DNA of 64,000 bases from an uncultured Acidobacteriota bacterium (GTDB lineage: Bacteria > Acidobacteriota > UBA6911 > RPQK01 > JAPXNP01), in NCBI GenBank assembly GCA_963777605.1, contig CAVZRV010000007.1:256001-320000 (forward strand), given 5' to 3'. The notes beneath the pieces are model-generated. The model had not been told where the DNA came from. It was given only the letters and a program-made list of their open reading frames with translations, and did no database searches. Positions 61,662 to 64,000 of this stretch are shown here, in pieces. Numbering within the stretch: position 1 is the stretch's first letter; each line of letters begins with the position of its first letter. Both the position numbers and the translations under genes were made by a program.

Positions 61662-62020
61662 TCCGCGGTACCCAACCGTCCTTCCTCTTGGGACATGATG
61701 CCACGATGGTTCAATCTTACCCCGGCGATCCCGCTACCGGAGCCTGAATCGAGCGGCCGATTCGCCTTCCTCCTTCGATCTTACCCCAGCCCGCGATAGA
61801 GGCCGGCCGGCACCCCACGGTCTCGCACCCGATCCGTCCAGTCTTTCCAAGCAGCCGATTGAATCAGTGCATCCAATCGGAACCATTTTGGTAACCATTC
61901 GAACGCGTCGGGCAAATTTGCTCATATAGGATGTAAATTAGCGAACTTCACTTCTCGCCGATGTTAGGCGTCCCCCGCATCACCCGGGACGGCGGAAAGT
62001 CGGCCACGAGGACCACAATA

Positions 62021-63175
62021 ATGAAGAAATACTATCTCCTGTCGATAACCCTCTTTGCAGCCGCTGCAGCAGTGATCAGTCTGAGCTGGACAGCCGCCGA
62101 AAGCAGCAACAACAAGCCCGAACTGTCCCCCACCAGCCTGTCCAGTGCCGTTTTCGCGGGAGGCTGTTTCTGGTGTGTTGAGGCCGATTTCGAAAAACTG
62201 ACGGGAGTTTCGGAGGTCGTTTCGGGATATGCCGGAGGAAACGAACCGAACCCCACCTACCGGCAGGTCTCATCAGGAAGTACCGGCCACCGGGAATCGG
62301 TCAAGGTTCTTTATGATAGCTCGAAGGTCTCCTATGCCGAACTGGTCGACTACTTCTGGAAGCATGTTGACCCGACCGACCCGGACGGGCAGTTCGTCGA
62401 CCGGGGGAAACAGTACCGGTCGGCGATCTTCTACTCGACCGAGACGGAACGGCGGGTTGCCGAGAACTCGAAGAAGATGCTGGAGGAGTCGGGGATCTTC
62501 AAACGCCCGATCGTCACTGAAATCATCCCCCTCAACCAGTTCTACCCGGCCGAGGACTACCACCAGGACTACTACAGGAAAAACCCGATTCGCTATCGTT
62601 TCTACCGTTCCGGATCCGGCCGCGATGACTTCCTCGAGGAAACCTGGAAAGGCCGCGAGAAGGAAATCTCATTGATCAGCAGAGAGGACAAGAAAATGGC
62701 AACCGAAGAGAAATTGGACCCATCGACCCCCTATTCCAAACCCAGCGACTCCGAACTCAAGGAGCGACTGACGCCAGAGCAGTACAAGGTTACCCAGAAG
62801 GAGGGCACGGAACCGGCATTCAGAAACGAGTACTGGGACAACAAGAAGGAAGGGATCTATGTGGACGTGGTCAGCGGAGAGCCGCTCTTCAGTTCGACGG
62901 ACAAGTTCGAGTCAGGAACCGGCTGGCCCAGTTTCACGAGGCCCATCGAGGCTGCAAATATCATCGAACACCAGGATCGTTCCTTTTTCACGGTTCGTAC
63001 CGAAGTTCGCAGCAAGCAGGGGGATTCGCACCTTGGCCACGTCTTTCCGGACGGCCCAAGGCCGACCGGGCTTCGCTACTGCATCAACTCGGCTTCGCTT
63101 CGATTCATCCCGAAGGAGGACCTGGAAAAAGAAGGATACGGCGAATTCGCCAGCCTGTTCGATGGAGGAAAATAG
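62021..63175 (+). CDS. msrAB: Exported bifunctional methionine sulfoxide reductase MsrA/MsrB
   Basis: Signal peptide; MsrA GGCFWC and AEDYHQDY; MsrB GTGWPSF, HLGHVF and RYCINS. Confidence 0.95.
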   Translation: MKKYYLLSITLFAAAAAVISLSWTAAESSNNKPELSPTSLSSAVFAGGCFWCVEADFEKLTGVSEVVSGYAGGNEPNPTYRQVSSGSTGHRESVKVLYDSSKVSYAELVDYFWKHVDPTDPDGQFVDRGKQYRSAIFYSTETERRVAENSKKMLEESGIFKRPIVTEIIPLNQFYPAEDYHQDYYRKNPIRYRFYRSGSGRDDFLEETWKGREKEISLISREDKKMATEEKLDPSTPYSKPSDSELKERLTPEQYKVTQKEGTEPAFRNEYWDNKKEGIYVDVVSGEPLFSSTDKFESGTGWPSFTRPIEAANIIEHQDRSFFTVRTEVRSKQGDSHLGHVFPDGPRPTGLRYCINSASLRFIPKEDLEKEGYGEFASLFDGGK

Positions 63176-63178
63176 CGA

Positions 63179-63895
63179 ATGAGATTGCTGCTTCTGTTGT
63201 CATTGCTGATCGGCACTTTCGGTTGCTCCGGTCAAACCCCACAGGAATCGACTGACCTCGATCAAGCTCCACCTTTTGAGGAGATCATCAAGATCGACGT
63301 CCATTCCCACATCTTCCGGGATGTTCCCGAGTTCGTCGACATGATGCGGCGGTCGAACCTGAAGATCATCAACATTTGCGTCCGAGGCAACGACCTGGAG
63401 CGGCTTCACCAGATGGAGGCGATCGCCGAGTCGATGCACCAGAAGTACCCCGACCTGAACTTCATCGGAGCCCACCTGGGTTCGATGGCCTTTGATGTTG
63501 AAGAAGTCGCCAAGCGCCTTGACCGGTTCCCCAATTTCAATGTCGAGGTTGCCGCCCGGACCCGCGATCTCACCCGCCAGCCCCGGGAGAAGGTTCGCAA
63601 TTTCTTCATCAAGTACCAGGACCGGATCATGTACGGGGTTGACCTCACGCTCGAGCCCGACAGCGGCGACGGAAGCGGCCCGCAGGACATGGCAGCCTAC
63701 GCGAATGACATCGAGGAACGCTACCGGAACGATTACCGCTACTACGCCGGCACCGGCACCCTGGAAATGGCCGGCAAAACAGTTGAGGGGATAGGGCTCC
63801 CGCGAGAGGTTCTGGAGAAGTTCTACAACCGGAACGCCCGGCGGATCATCTCGAATCTGAAGTTTCTAACTGCAACGCCGCCAGTTGTCATATAG
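63179..63895 (+). CDS. Amidohydrolase_2-like lipoprotein, apparently internally shortened
   Basis: Lipobox TFGC; IDVHSH, FIGAHLG, QDRIMYG.D, LP..VL.K.Y..NA; only 238 aa. Confidence 0.75.
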   Translation: MRLLLLLSLLIGTFGCSGQTPQESTDLDQAPPFEEIIKIDVHSHIFRDVPEFVDMMRRSNLKIINICVRGNDLERLHQMEAIAESMHQKYPDLNFIGAHLGSMAFDVEEVAKRLDRFPNFNVEVAARTRDLTRQPREKVRNFFIKYQDRIMYGVDLTLEPDSGDGSGPQDMAAYANDIEERYRNDYRYYAGTGTLEMAGKTVEGIGLPREVLEKFYNRNARRIISNLKFLTATPPVVI

Positions 63896-63946
63896 ACGCC
63901 CTCGAGGAGGAACTAATCGGCCAGAACAGACGAAAGGAAGACCGAA

Positions 63947-64000
63947 ATGACAAAGCTGATTATTGCTCTGCTGATTGCCCTCCCCGGCGGATTCCTCGCG
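63947..64000 (+). CDS. 5' start of a secreted protein running off the window
   Basis: AAGGAAG RBS; MTKLIIALLIALPGGFLA signal-peptide-like start. Confidence 0.6.
   Translation, partial: MTKLIIALLIALPGGFLA

Overview
GC-rich bacterial chromosomal window. Gene content and protein styles suggest an Acidobacteriota-like organism (inference). The first 18 kb is mostly housekeeping: xseA-xseB-ispA-tlyA, accD-folC, hslVU and ligA. It is followed by accessory genes: a PP2C phosphatase, an octaheme/TPR cytochrome, GH15, GH29, a B12-radical SAM enzyme, an RND efflux system and msrAB. The best candidate for an undescribed system is at 30.8-42.6 kb. A 58-aa twin-arginine peptide with a Ser/Thr/Pro-rich tail sits in an apparent operon with a stand-alone PqqD/RRE chaperone and an HPr-kinase-like kinase, and a PF14907-type nucleotidyltransferase is encoded divergently. 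Immediately downstream are two DUF2298 (YYY) proteins, one TIGR03663-like GT-C membrane protein, a GT2 and an ArnT/PMT-like transferase. No lasso cyclase or leader peptidase is present. This looks like a RiPP-like phospho/nucleotidyl/glyco-peptide or peptide-primed surface-glycan system. Other observations: a ~100-bp dispersed palindromic repeat (one half-copy marks the truncation of a transaldolase gene), four +1 frameshifts in two genes, a probable in-frame internal deletion in an amidohydrolase, and many apparently leaderless genes. No rRNA, tRNA, CRISPR array or transposase was recognised. All family assignments come from motif recognition by eye, not database searches.
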